Below are positions 37,945 through 51,400 of a stretch of 64,000 nucleotides of DNA, one piece after another. Numbering within the stretch: position 1 is the stretch's first letter; the number at the start of each line of letters is the position of its first letter. The translations under genes and the position numbers were made by a program. A model generated the notes under the pieces. It saw only the letters and a program-made list of their open reading frames with translations, ran no database searches and was not told the origin of the DNA. The stretch is from Mobula hypostoma (Eukaryota), in assembly GCF_963921235.1 (NCBI RefSeq), contig NC_086097.1, positions 175,338,001 through 175,402,000 of the forward strand, in the 5' to 3' direction.

Positions 37945-39470
37945 AGAACATAGAATAGTACAGCACAGTACAGGCCCTTTGGCCCACAATGTTGTGCCGA
38001 TCCCCAAACCCTGCCTCCCATATAACTCTCCACCTTAAATTCCTCCATATACCTGTCTAGTAGTCTCTTAAATTACACTAGTGTGTCTGCCTCTACCACT
38101 GACTCAGGCAGTGAATTCCACGCACCAACCACTCTCTGAGTAAAAAACCTTCCTCTAATATCCCCCTTGAACTTCCCACCCCTTACCTTAAAGCCATGTC
38201 CTCTTGTATTGAGCAGTGGTGCCCTGGGAAAGAGATGCTGGCTGTCCACTCTATCTATTCCTCTTAATATCTTGTATACCTCTATCATGTCTCCTCTCAT
38301 CCTCCTTCTTTCCAAAGAGTAAAGCTCTAGCTCCCTTAATCTCTGATCATAATGCATACTCTTTAAACCGGGCAGCATCTTGGTAAATCTCCTCTGTATC
38401 CTTTCCAATGCTTCCACATCCTTCCTATAGTGAGGCGACCAGAACTGGACACAGTACTCCAAGTGTGGCCTAACCAGAGTTTTATAGAGCTGCATCATTA
38501 CCTCGCAACTCTTAAACTCTATCCCTTGACTTATGAAAGCTAACACCCCATAAGCTTTCTGTGAGGCAACTTTCAGGGATCTGTGGACATATACCCCCAG
38601 ATCCCTCTGCTCCTCCACACTACCAAGTATCCTACCACTTACTTCGTACTCTGCCTTGGAGTTTGCCCTTCCAAAATGTACCACCTCATACTTCTCCGGG
38701 TTGAACTCCATCTGCCACTTCTCAGCCCACTTCTGCATCCTATCAATGTCCCTCTGCAATCTTCGACAATCCACTACACTATCTACAACACCACCAACCT
38801 TTGTGTCGTCTGCAAACTCGCCAACCCACCCTTCTACCCCCACATCCAGGTTGTTAATAAAAATCACGAAAAGTAAAGGTCCCAGAACAGATCCTTGTGG
38901 GACACCACTAGTCACAATCCTCCAATCTGAATGTACTCCCTCCACACGACCCTCTGCTTTCTGCAGGTGAGCCAATTCTGAATCCACCTGGCCAAACTTC
39001 CCTGGATCCCATGCCTTCCGACTTTCTGAATAAGCCTACCGTGTGGAACCTTGTCAAATGCCTTACTAAAATCCATGTAGGTCACATCCACTGCACTACG
39101 CTCATCTATATGCCTGATCACCTCCTCAAAGAACTCTATCAGGCTTGTTAGACACGATCTGCCCTTCACAAAGCCATGCTGATTGTCCCTGATCAAACCA
39201 TAATTCTCTAAATGCCCATAGATCCTATCTCTAAGAATCTTTTTCAACAGCTTTCCCACTACAGACATAAGGCTCACTGGTCTATAATTACCCAGACTAT
39301 CCCTACTACCTTTTTTGAACAAGGGGACAATATTTGCTTCTCTCCAATCCTCCGGTGCTATTCCCATGGACAATAAGGACATAAAGATTCTAGCCAGAGG
39401 CTCAGCAATCTCTTCCCTTGCCTCGTGAAGCAACCTGGGGAATATTCCGTCAGGCCCCGGGGGCTTATCC
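37945..39470 (-). mobile_element. CR1 LINE family B copy 3, 5'-truncated
   Basis: ORFs 38912-39499 and 38073-38987 with RT motifs including FADD; tail atagaacatagaatag on the plus strand. Confidence 0.92.
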
Positions 39471-40612
39471 GCCCTTCGTCTGCATGACAGCAATATCACC
39501 TGGCCTACATATCAGAGTTCACAATTGATATACAACAGATCAAGGGGAAAAATAATGCCGTGGCCGATTGCCTCTCATGGCTAGCCGTTGAGGCCATACA
39601 CTTCGGGGTTGACTATGCTGGTATGGCAGCTGACCAAGTTACTGACCCAGAGGCCCAGGTTTACCGAACAGCAGTCATGGGCCTGCAGATGGCTGACATT
39701 AAGTTCGGGGAAGCTGGGATCACCGACAGTCCAATGGCCTAGCGAGCAGATTCGCCGCTCCATAAAGGCTGCTCTGAGGGCTTCCCTGATGCATGATGTT
39801 GGCACGATCGCCTCCTGTGGGTCCTGCTGGGGCTCAGAACAGCTCCAGAAGAGGACCTGCAGTTGTCCACGGCTGAATTGGCATACAGGCAGCTGTTGCT
39901 AGTGCCAGGTGATTCCTGATGCCACGACTGCTCAGTTAGCCTCTCAACAGCGTTTCACCCTCCTCAGTGAATTTAATTCCTTTGCACCTCTTCTGACCTC
40001 CCATCATGGCGTTCTGCTCTCTTGGGTTCCTGTTGACCTACATTCAGCCTTGTTTGTTTTCGTCCGCTATGACCCACACCAGCATCCCCTTAGGGCCCCT
40101 TACGGTGGCCTGGTCCGCATTCTGGAACAGAAAGAAAAGACTTTTATGATAGATAAAGGCGTAAATCTGAACGTATGAGTATTTTGGTAGATCGCCTTAA
40201 ATAGGCCCACCAAGGTTTGGAGGATTCTGCTACCTTGCCCCTGCCGTCACCATGAGTCACCATGACCATGAGCGTGTCAACACACCTCTGGATGGGCCAG
40301 AGGCCTTGATGCTCCTCCGCCCACGGAACACAGGACCCGAGCTGGCTGGCTCGTCCAAGCTCCGGACAGACTCACAATGCCAGTTTTAGTGAACTCTGGG
40401 GGCGGGGAGTGTGTAGGGTAATGTAATTGGTGGAAACGTACATAATTCACAACCACCAACATTGAGTTGGGGTTCACTTTAAGAGCATGGTCTGACATGA
40501 TGACGCAATTACATAAAGTACTTCTAGTGTGCTTTGTGTTCGTTTTTTTTTATTTGGGAGTTCAGTAAATGAGTTGTTACAGTTTTCTTAAAAACTGCAG
40601 AAAACTTCTACA
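39471..40612 (+). mobile_element. Gypsy LTR retrotransposon 3' remnant (RNase H end, deleted integrase, PPT, 3' LTR 40412-40612)
   Basis: HLAYISEFTIDIQQIKGKNNAVADCLS; SNG...SIKAALRA; LRAPYGG (GPY/F-like). Purine tract ggggcggggag, then an LTR with TGTAG...CTACA termini. Confidence 0.8.
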
Positions 40613-42040
40613 GAACTGAAGAAGTGGGAAAACAATTCTGTTTTGAGCTACAGAGAGAACGAGGGATGTCTGTGATAAGGTGGATACCAAGGTTGTCTAG
40701 GTGATACAACTAACTGGCTTTGGGGTTCTCAGTGAATGAATGATGTTGATAATGTGGTCTCTACACTGGAGAATGGTTTTACACAGCTTGAGCTGGAATT
40801 CCTGAAAGAGGACACAAACTTAATTGTAAATTATAAGGGGGAATTGTATAAATTTCTAATTATGAAAAAAGGAGGGGTGTAAGGAAAGAGGAGAGGAATG
40901 GGATAATTGAAAGAGCTTTATTAAAGATCCAGCCCAGCAAAATGAACCCTCCACTCATCACTGGCTGCATATCCCCAGTATAAAAGCCACTTTTTTATCT
41001 TTTTATGTCATTCTGCAGTGAACATTTGCAGTCAAAATGGGCCACTCCTTTTCCTGTTAAACATATGAGGTGCTCTCACTAAACCTGTTTGCCTTTAAGT
41101 CTTCTCTAACTCGTTTGCCCAAGTGCAGTTGGACCCTTCTGTGCCAATCTCAAACACCCCTATCTCCTTGACTGATCCACCTAATCATTACTAAAGAGCT
41201 GACAATCATTAACCTCTATTAACTCATTGTAAGTCCCTGCTGAAATTTGGAAAGCCATTTCTGATTAAAGTTCATATGCATTTGCTTTGGTAATGCTTCT
41301 CCACAAACACAAACAGATAAGCAAAAATGCTGAACTGACATTTAAAATACTGCTTACAAAAGAAAGGGTTGAAATTGTCCTCAGTTATTACAGATCAATT
41401 TAGAATTACCATAGAGGAAGAAACTTCATAAAACTACTGATGCTGAAAATCTGAATGATTTAGCAAGTCAGGCAGCATCTGAGGAAACAGTGGAAAAGTT
41501 AACATTGCATATAGAAGACCCTTCAGTAGAACCGTGAAAGACAGAGAACAAGTTTGTTTAAGTTGCAGAGGAAGTGGGGTAGGGTTGGATGGAACAAAGG
41601 AAATGTCTGTGACATGTTGAGGTCTGGCTGTTGGAGAAATAAGTTCCAGGGTTATCCAACCAATGGGTTAATGGGGCAATGCTTTCCTGTCGATTTAGAC
41701 AAGAATATTCACTGGCTCAGATCATAGAATTGAAACAATGCAGATTAACCCATTGAGTACAGAATATTTTATGTAATTTTTGCATTTATTTAGGGCCCAA
41801 TATAAGTTTCTATTTTCAGTTTTATATACAAGAGAACTTCTGAAGCTGATTGCATTATGCTGGCATTATTGAGTACATCTCATACCAGTAATGATCACTA
41901 TATCGATAAGGTAATCCTAAAGTAGAACAGTAACTGCTGGTGAACACTCAGCAAGTTGAGCAGCATCTGTCGAGAGAGAAACAGAGTTGACACGACTGGC
42001 CATAGGCCATTCCTCACAATGGGAGAGTGAGAAGACAAGT

Positions 42041-43126
42041 ATGTTTCAGTATTCACAGTGAGAGGGACTGTGATGTTTGTTTCAGTATTCACAGTGAGAG
42101 GGGCTGTGATGTTTCAGTATTCACAGTGAGAGGGATTTTGATGTTCGTTTCAGTATTCACAGTGAGAGGGGCTGTGATGTTTCAGTATTCACAGTGAGAG
42201 GGACTGTGATGTTTCAGTATTCACAGTGAGAGGGACTGTGATGTTTGTTTCAGTATTCACAGTGAGAGGGGCTGTGATGTTTCAGTATTCACAGTGAGAG
42301 GGATTTTGATGTTCGTTTCAGTATTCACAGTGAGAGGGGCTGTGATGTTTCAGTATTCACAGTGAGAGGGACTGTGATGTTTCAGTATTCACAGTGAGAG
42401 GGACTGTGATGTTTCAGTATTCACAGTGAGAGGGATGGTGATATTTGCTTCAGTGTTCACAGTGAGAGGGACTGTGATGTTTGTTTCAGTATTCACAGTG
42501 AGAGGACGTGTGATGTTTGTTTCAGCATTCACAGTGAGAGGGCGTGTGATATGTGTTTCAGCATTCACAGTGAGAGGGCGTGTGATGTGTGTTTCAGCAT
42601 TCACAGTGAGAGGGCGTGTGATGTTCGTTCAGTATTCACAGTGAGAGGGATGATGATGTTTGTATCAGTACACACAGTGAGATGGACTGTGATGTTTGTT
42701 GCAGTATTCACACTGAGAGGAACTGTGATATTTCAGTTTTCACAGTGAAAGGGATTGTGAAGTTCTTTCAGTATTTACAGTGAGATGGACTGTGATGTTT
42801 CAGTATTCACAGTGATCGCGACTGTAATGTTTGATTCAGTATTCACAGTGAGAGGGATTTTGATGTTTGTTTCAGTATTCACAGTGAGAGGGACCGTGAT
42901 GTTGCAGTATTCACAGTGAGAGGGATTTTGATGTTTGATTCAGTATTCACAGTGAGAGGGGCTGTGATGTTTCAGTATTCACAGTGAGAGGGATTTTGAT
43001 GTTTGTTTCAGTATTCACAATGAGAGGGGCTGTGATGTTTCAGTATTCACAGTGAGAGGGATGGTGATATTTGCTTCAGTATTCACAGTGAGAGGGATTG
43101 TGATGTCTCAGTATTGACAGTGAGAG
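42041..43126. repeat. Satellite/minisatellite block 1, 36/32-bp unit gtgatgttt(gttt)cagtattcacagtgagagggact
   Basis: Direct tandem repetition. Confidence 0.95.
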
Positions 43127-43129
43127 GCA

Positions 43130-43860
43130 TCCAATCAACTTTCCCAACATTGATTGGAACTTTAGTGCACAAGGCTTGGATGGTGTGAAATTTGTTAGGT
43201 GTATCCAAGAAGGATTCTTGACACAAGATATAGATAGCCAGCATGAGAAGAGGCTATATTAGATTTAGTGCTGGACAAAGAACCAGGTCAGGTGTCCAAT
43301 CTCTCAGTGGGTGAGCATTTTGGAGACAGACTCCCTGACCCTTACTATAAACTTAGAGAAGGATAGGGGTATACAGTAAGCGAAAGTTTTACATTGGGGG
43401 AGAGGAAACAAAATCCTATTAGGAAGAAACTGGGGAATATAAATTAGGTATTCATCTACTGAGGGAAATACACATCAGGAATGTGTAGGTTGTGTAGGGA
43501 GCACATGCGAGGTGTTATGGATAGGTTTGTCCCATTAAAAAGCCTATCAATAACAAACCACCACAGGGCAGGATGGTGGAGTGAAGGATCCATGGTTGAC
43601 AAGAGATGTGGAACATCTAGCTGAGATGAGGAAAAAAGCATGCTTAACTTTTACCAAACAGGGATGACACAGGGCTCTAGAAGGGGTACAAGGTAACCAG
43701 GAAGGAGCTGAAAAATGGACCTAGGAGACCTAGGAGATGGCCAGGGTAGGTGTTGGCAAGCAGGATTGAGGAAAACCTATATGTGAAGAAAAGCAAGATG
43801 GTTATTGTGAGGGTAGGTCCAATCAGCGATCGAAGAGGAAATAGGTGTCTGGAATTAGAG
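43130..43860 (+). mobile_element. Degenerate internal CR1 fragment (EN end/linker) inside the satellite
   Basis: Resembles the family A/B region (ggatggtgtgaaatttgttaggtgtatccaagaagg...gagcattttggagacag). Confidence 0.65.
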
Positions 43861-43863
43861 AAT

Positions 43864-46800
43864 TTATTTACAGTAAGAGGGATCTCATCGCTTGCTTCAG
43901 TATTCACAGTGAGAGGGCCTGTGATGTTTGTTTCAGTATTCACAGTGAGAGGGCCTGTGATGTTTGTTTCAGTATCCGCAGTGAGAGAGATGGTGATATT
44001 TGTATCAGTATCCACAGTGAGAGGGATGGTGATGTTTGTATCAGTACACACAGTGAGATAGACTGTGATGTTTGTTTCAGTATTCACAGTGAGAGGGCCT
44101 GTGATGTTTGTTTCAGTATTCACAGTGAGAGGGCCTGTGATGTTTGTTTCAGTATTCACAGTGAGAGGGCCTGTGATGTTTGTTTCAGTATCCGCAGTGA
44201 GAGAGATGGTGATATTTGTATCAGTATCCACAGTGAGAGGGATGGTGATGTTTGTATCAGTACACACAGTGAGATAGACTGTGATGTTTGTTTCAGTATT
44301 CACAGTGAGAGGGCCTGTGATGTTTGTTTCAGTATTCACAGTGAGAGGGCCTGTGATGTTTGTTTCAGTATTCACAGTGAGAGAGCCTGTGATGTTTGTT
44401 TCAGTATTCACAGTGAAAGGGACTCTGATGTTTGTTTCAGTACTCAGAGTGAGAGGGTCTGTGATGTTTGTTTCAGTATTCACAGTGAGAGAGATTGTGA
44501 TGTTTCTATCAGTATTCACAGTGAGAGGGACTGTGATGTTTGATTCAGTATTCACAGTGATCGGGACTGAGATGTTTGATTCAGTATTCACAGTGAGAGG
44601 GACTGTGATTTTGCAATCTGTATTCAGAGTGAGAGGGACTGTGATGTTTGATTCAGTGTTCACAGTGAGAGGGACGGTGATGTTTGTTTCTGTATTCAGA
44701 GTGAGATGGACTGTGATGTTTGTTTCCGTATTCACAGTGAGACGGATTCTGATGTTTGTTTTAGTATTCACAGTGTCAGGAACATTGATGTTTCTGTATT
44801 CAGAGTGAGAGGGACTGTGATGTTTGTTTCAGTATTCACAGTGAGAGGGATTCTGATGTTTGTTTTAGTATTCACAGGGTCAGGAACATTGATGTTTCTG
44901 TATTCAGAGTGAGAGGGACTGTGATGTTTGTTTCAGTATTCACAGTGAGAGGGATTCTGATGTTTGTTTTAGTATTCACAGTGAGAGGGACTGTGATGTT
45001 TGTTTCAGTATTCACAGTGAGAGGGACTGTGATGTTTCAGTATCCACGGAGAGAGGGACAGTGATACTTGCTTCAGTATTCACAGTGTGAGGGACTGTGA
45101 TGTTTGTTTCTGTATTCACAGTGAGATGGACTGAGATTTTTGTTTCAGTATTCACGTTGAGAGGGACCCTGATGTTTCAGTATTCATAGTGAGATGGTCT
45201 GTGATATTTCAGTATTCTCTGTTAGAGGGATTGTGATGCTTGTTTCAGTATTCACACTGAGAGGGAATGTGATGTTTCAGTTTTCACAGTGAGAGTGACG
45301 GTGATGTATGTTTCTGTATCCACAGTGAGAGGGACTGTGAATTTTGTTTCAGTATTTACAGAGAGATGGACTGTGATGTTTCAGTATTCATAGTGAGAGG
45401 GACTGTGCTGTTTGTTTCAGTACTCACAGTGAGATGGACTCTGATGTTTGTTTCAGTACTCAGAGTGAGAGGGATTGTGATGTTCGTTTCAGTTTTCACA
45501 GTGTGAGGGCCTGTCAAGTTGGCTGCAGTATTCACAGTGAGAGAGATTGAGATTTTTCTATCAGTATTCACAGTGAGATGGATAGTAATATTTGTTACAG
45601 TGTTCACTGTGAGAGGAACTGTGATGTTTCAGTATTCAGAGTGAGAGGGACTGTGCTGTTTGTTTCAGTACTCACAATGAGAGGGACTCTGATATTTGTT
45701 TCAGTACTCAAAGTGAGAGGGAGTGTGATGTTTGTTTCAGTATTCACAGTGAGAGGGACTGTGATGTTTCAGTTTTCACAGTGAGAGGGATTGCGATGTT
45801 TCAGTATTCACTGTGAGAGGGACTGTGAGGTTTGTTTCAGTATTCACTCTGAGAGGAACTGTGTTGTTTCAGTTTTCACAGTGAAAGGGATTGTGAAGTT
45901 CATTTCAGTATTTACAGTGAGATGGACTGTGATGTTTCAGTATTCACAGTGATCGCGACTTTGGTGTTTGATTCCGTATTCACAGTGAGAGAGACCATGA
46001 TGTTTGTTTCTGTATTCATAGTGAGATGAACTGTGATGTTTGTATCAGTATTCGCAGTGAGAGGGACTGTAATGCTTGTTTCAGTATTCACACTGAGAGG
46101 GACTGTGATGATTCAGTTTTCACAGTGAGAGGAACGGTGATGTTTGTTTCTGTATCCACAGTTAGAGGGACTGTGAAGATTGTTTCAGTATTTACATTGA
46201 GAGGGGCTGTGATGTTTCAGAATTCATAGTGAGAGGGACTGTGCTGTTTGTTTCAGTACTCACAGTGAGAGGGACTCTGATGTTTGTTTCAGTACTCAGA
46301 GTGAGAGGGATTGTGATGTTCGTTTCAGTTTTCACAGTGCGAGGGCCTGTCAAGTTTGCTGCAGTATTCACAGTGAGAGAGATTGTGATGTTTCTTTCAG
46401 TATTCATGGTGAGAGGGACTCTGATGTTTGATTCAGTATTCACAGTGAGAGGGATTGTTAGGTTTTTTTCAGTGTTCACAGTGTGATGGATAGTAATAGT
46501 TGTTTCAGTATTCACTGTGAGAGGAACTGTTATGTTTCAGTATTCAGTGTGAGAGGGACTGATGTTTGTTTCAGTATCCACAGTGAGAGGGATGGTGATG
46601 TTTGTATCAGTACACACAGTGAGATGGACTGTGATGTTTGTATCAGTATTCGCAGTGAGAGGAACTGTGATGTTTCAGTTTTCACAGTGAAAGGGATTGT
46701 GAAATTCCTTTCAGTATTTACAGTGAAATGGACTGTGATGTTTCAGTATTCACAGTGAGAGGGATTGTGATGTTTAAGTATTCACAGTGAGAGGGACTGT

Positions 46801-48417
46801 GAAGTTTGTTTCAGTATTCACAGTGATCGCGACTGTGATGTTTGATTCAGTATTCACATTGAGAGGGACTATGATTTTGCAATCTGTATTCACAGTGAGA
46901 GGGACTGTGATGTTTAATTCAGTATTCACAGTGACAGGGATTGTGATGTTTATTTCAGTATTCACAGTGAGAGAGATTGTGATGTTTCTATCAGTATTCA
47001 CAGTGAGAGGGACTGCGATGTTTGTTTCAGTATTCACAGTGAGGGAGATTGTGATGTTTCTATCAGTATTCACAGTGAGAGGGACTGTGATGTTTGATTC
47101 AGTATTCACAGTGATTGGGATTGTGATGTTTGTTTCAGTATTCACAGTGAGGGGGACTGTGATTTTGCAATCTGTATTCACAGTGAGAGGGACTGTGATG
47201 TTTAATTCAGTGTTCACAGTGAGAGGGACCGTGATGTTTGTTTCTGTATTCATAGTGAGATGGTCTGTGATGTTTGTTTCCGTATTGACAGTGAGAGGGA
47301 TTCTGATGTTTGTTTTAGTATTCACAGTGACAGGAACATTGATGTTTCTGTATTCACCGTGAGAGGGACTGTGATGTTTGTTTCAGTATCCACAGTGAGA
47401 GGGACGGTGATGTTTGTTTCAGTATTCACAGTGAGATGGACTGTGATTTTTGTTTCAGTATTCACAGTGAGAGGGACATTCATCTTTGTTTCAGTATTCA
47501 TGTTGAGAGGGACCGTGATGTTTCAGTATTCATAGTGAGATGGTCTGTGATGTTTCACTATTCTCTGTGAGAGGGATTGTGATGTTTGTTTCAGTATTCA
47601 CACTGAGAGGTACTGTGATGTTCGTTTCAGTATTCACAGTGAGATGGACTGTGATTTTTGTTTCAGTATGCACAGTGAGAGGGACGGTGATGTTCTTTCA
47701 GTATTCACACTGAGAGGGACCGTGATATTTCAGTATTCATAGTGAGATGGTCTGTGATGTTTCAGTATTCTCTGTTAGAGGGACTGTGATGCTCGTTTCA
47801 GTTTTCACACTGAGAGGGAATGTGATGTTTCAGTTTTCACACTGAGAGGGAATGTGATGTTTCAGTTTTCACAGTGAGAGGGACGGTGATGTTTGTTTCT
47901 GAATCCACAGTGAGAAGGACTGTGAAGTTTGTTTCAGTATTTACAGTAAGATGGACTGTGATGTTTCAGTATTCATAGTGAGAGGGTCTGTGCTGTTTGT
48001 TTCAGTACTCACAGTGAGAGGGACTCTGATGTTTGTTTCAGTACTCAGAGTGAGAGGGATTGTGATGTTCGTTTCAGTATTCACAGTGCGAGGTCCTGTC
48101 AAGTTTGCTGCAGTATTCACAGTGTGAGAGATTGTGATGTTTCTTTTAGTATTCACGGTGAGATGGACTTTGATGTTTGTTTCAGTATTCACATTGAGAT
48201 GGATAGTAATATTTGTTTCAGTATTCACAGTGAGAGGAACTGTGATGTTTTAGTACTCAGAGTGAGAGGGAATGTGATGTTTGTTTCTTTATTCACAGTT
48301 AGAAGGACGGTGATGCTTGTTTCAGTATTCACATTGAGATGTACTGTCATGTTTTTTGCAGTATGCACAGTGACTGGAACTCTGATGTTTCAGTATTCAC
48401 CTTCAGAGGGACTGTGA
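43864..48417. repeat. Satellite block 2, same 36/32-bp unit, with higher-order duplications
   Basis: Direct tandem repetition, with diagnostic variant units recurring at fixed spacings. Confidence 0.95.
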
Positions 48418-51400
48418 GGTCATTTTTCTCGGTGGTTGATAGGGATAGGACTGCGCAAGCGCCTGCAAGTCACTCCGTGAGTCAGCGTGAGTATTTAAAA
48501 GAGAGCAGTTTGACTGAGCGGGCGACGTTGTACTGGGCAACTGAGTAGAGGGAGACAGAGTAGGAAGGCTTTGGCGAGCAGAGGCTGAGGATGAGCTTCA
48601 TTCCAAGTGAGGACCACTCAAGAGTCTTCAGCGAGGAGGTTGAGGGAAGAGACTACGCCACAGTAGGAGACGGTGAAAAGTGGTGAAGAGATGACCGCTA
48701 GGCTGATCCAGTGTACTGCGTGCATGATGTGGGAAGTCAGGGACACTGATAGTTCCTCTGGATCCTACACCTGTGGAAAATGTGTCCAGATTCAGCTTCT
48801 GAGGGACCGTGTTGCAGCATTGGAGAGGCAACTGGGAGACCTTAGGTTCATCCGGGAAAACGAGAGTTTTCTGGACAGGACCTACAGTGAGGTCATTACA
48901 CCAAGGATACCGGAAGAGAGTAGGGGGGCGACGACGAGTAAGGAAAGGATGCTTGAAGTACAGGAGACCCCGGTAGATGTGCCTCTCATAAACAGGTTCT
49001 CCCTCTTGGAAGCTGTTGCGACAGAAGACTGCCAACCTGAGAGGCGGACGGGTCTGCGAGTCAACAATTGGTGCTGAAGCAAAGCCGAGGAGACAGACGT
49101 CAGGCAGAGCCGTGGTAGTAGGGGACTCCATAGTGAGAGGTACAGAAAGGGGTTTCTGCAGCAACAGGTGGGATTTAAGGATGGTGTGTTGCCTCCCTGG
49201 TGCCAGGATCCAGGACGTCACGGACCGATTACAAGGAATCCTCAAGGGTGAAGTTGAACATTCGGAAGTGGTGGTGCATGTCAGCACAAATGACGTGGAG
49301 AAGAAGACGAAAGACATCCTACAGCGCGACTTCAGAGAACTCGGAAGAAGGCTGAAAAGCAGGACTTCCAGGGTGGTTATCTCCGGTTTGCTTCCAGTTC
49401 CCCGTGCTGGACTGGTCAAGAACAGGGAGATAATGGATCTGAATGTGTGGCTGAGGAACTGGTGCAGGAAGCAAGGATTTACATTCTTGGACCACTGGGG
49501 TATGTTTCGCGGTAAGGATGAATTGTACAAAAGGGACGGGTTGCACCTTAATAAGCGGGGCACCAGCATTCTGGCAGGCAGGTTTGCCTCTGCAACACGG
49601 GGGTGTTTAAACTAAGTAGTGGGGGAGAGGGGACGAACTGGAAACATAAGGATGGAGATAAAGGGAAAGTGAGAATAAGAAAAGTTAAGAATGACAACAG
49701 AATCAACAGAGCAGAAAGCTCAAGAAGGGATCGTACAGTATGGCCAAGTGATACAGGAATTGATATGGGAGGTGAGGGGAGTAATGAATTAAAAGTATTG
49801 TATATGAATGCACGGAGTATAAGAAATAAAGTGGACGAGCTTGAGGCACAGTTGGAAATTGGTAAGTATGATGTTGTGGGAATAACAGAGACATGGCTTC
49901 AAGTGGACAGGGCCTGGGAAATGAATATTCAAGGGTATACGTCCTATCAAAAGGACAGACTGATATGTAGAGGGGGTGGGGTGGCTTATTGGTGAGGAAT
50001 GATATTCAGTCCCTTGCGAGGGGGGACATAGAATCAGGAGACGTAGTGTCAGTATGGATAGAACTGAGAAATTCTAAGGGTAGAAAGACCCTAATGGGAG
50101 TTATCTACAGGCCCCCAAACAGTAGTCTGGATGTAGGGTGTAAGTTGAATCAAGAGTTAAAATTGGCATGTCGCAAAGGTAATGCTACAGTTGTTATGGG
50201 GGACTTCAATGTGCAGGTAGACTGGAGGAATCAGGTTGGTGCTGGACCCCAAGAAAGGGAGTTTGTGGAGTCCCTCCGAGATGAATTCTTAGAACAGCTT
50301 GTACTGGAGCCTACCAGAGAGAACGCAATTCTAGATTTAGTGTTGTGCAATGAACCGGATTTGATCAGGGACCTCAAGGTAAAGGAGCCATTAGGAGGTA
50401 GTGACCATAATATGATAAGTTTTAATCTACAATTTGAGAGGGAGAAGGGAAACTCGGAAGTGTCAGTATTACAGTTGAACAAAGGGAACTATGGTGCTAT
50501 GAGGGAGGAGCTGGCCAAAGTTCAGTGGAACAATACCCTAGCAGGGATGACAGTGGAACAGCAATGGCAAGTGTTTCTGGGAATAATGCGGAAGGTGCAG
50601 GATCAGTTCATTCCAAAGAGAAAGAAAGATCCTAAGGGGAGTAAGGGGAGGCCATGGCTGACAAGGGAAGTAATGGACAGCATAACAATAAAAGAGAAGT
50701 ATAACATAGCAAAGATGAGTGGGAAGCCGGAGGATTGGGAAACATTTAAGGAGCAACAGAAGGTAACTAAAAAGGCAATACGCGGAGAAAAAATGAGGTA
50801 CGAAGGTAAACTAGCCAAGAATATAAAGGAGGATAGTAAAAGCTTATTTAGGTATGTGAAAAGGAAAAAGTAGTTAAGACCAAAATTGGGCCCTTGAAGA
50901 CAGAAACGGGTGAATTTATTATGGGGAACAAAGAAATGGCAGACGAGTTGAACAGGTACTTTGGATCTGTCTTCACTAGGGAAGACACAAACAATCTCCC
51001 AGATATAATAGTGGCCAAAGGACCTAGGGTAATGGATGAACTGAAGGAAATTTATATTAGGCAGGAAATGGTGTTGGATACTGTTGGGTCTGAAGGCTGA
51101 TAAGTCCCTGGGACCCGATGGTCTGCATCCCAGGGTACTTAAGGAGGTGGTTTTAGAAATCATGGACGCATTGGTAATCATTTTCCAATGTTCTATAGAT
51201 TCAGGATCAATTCCTGTGGATTGGAGGGTGGCTAATGTTGTCCCTCTCTTCAAGAGGGGAGGAAGAGAGAAAACAAGGAATTATAGACTGGTTAGCCTGA
51301 CATCGGTGGTGGGAAAGATGCTGGAGTCAATTATAAAAGATGAAATTATGACACATCTGGATAGCAGTAACAGGATCGGTCCGAGTCTGCATGGATTTAC

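Noticed and set aside
43677..47362. Long ORFs of NITVPLTVNTET repeats (mucin/glycoprotein-like, rich in N-x-T) and the MFVSVFTVRGTV frames
   Set aside because: A by-product of a stop-free 36-bp unit. The frames are broken by 32-bp units and CR1 insertions, and there is no signal peptide or splice context.
42041..48417. CRISPR-like array
   Set aside because: The units are contiguous with no unique spacers, there are no cas genes, and the context is eukaryotic.
48628..49569. 313-aa antisense ORF in the CR1, and other antisense ORFs over LINE and Gypsy sequence
   Set aside because: Shadow frames of retroelement coding regions with no recognisable domains.
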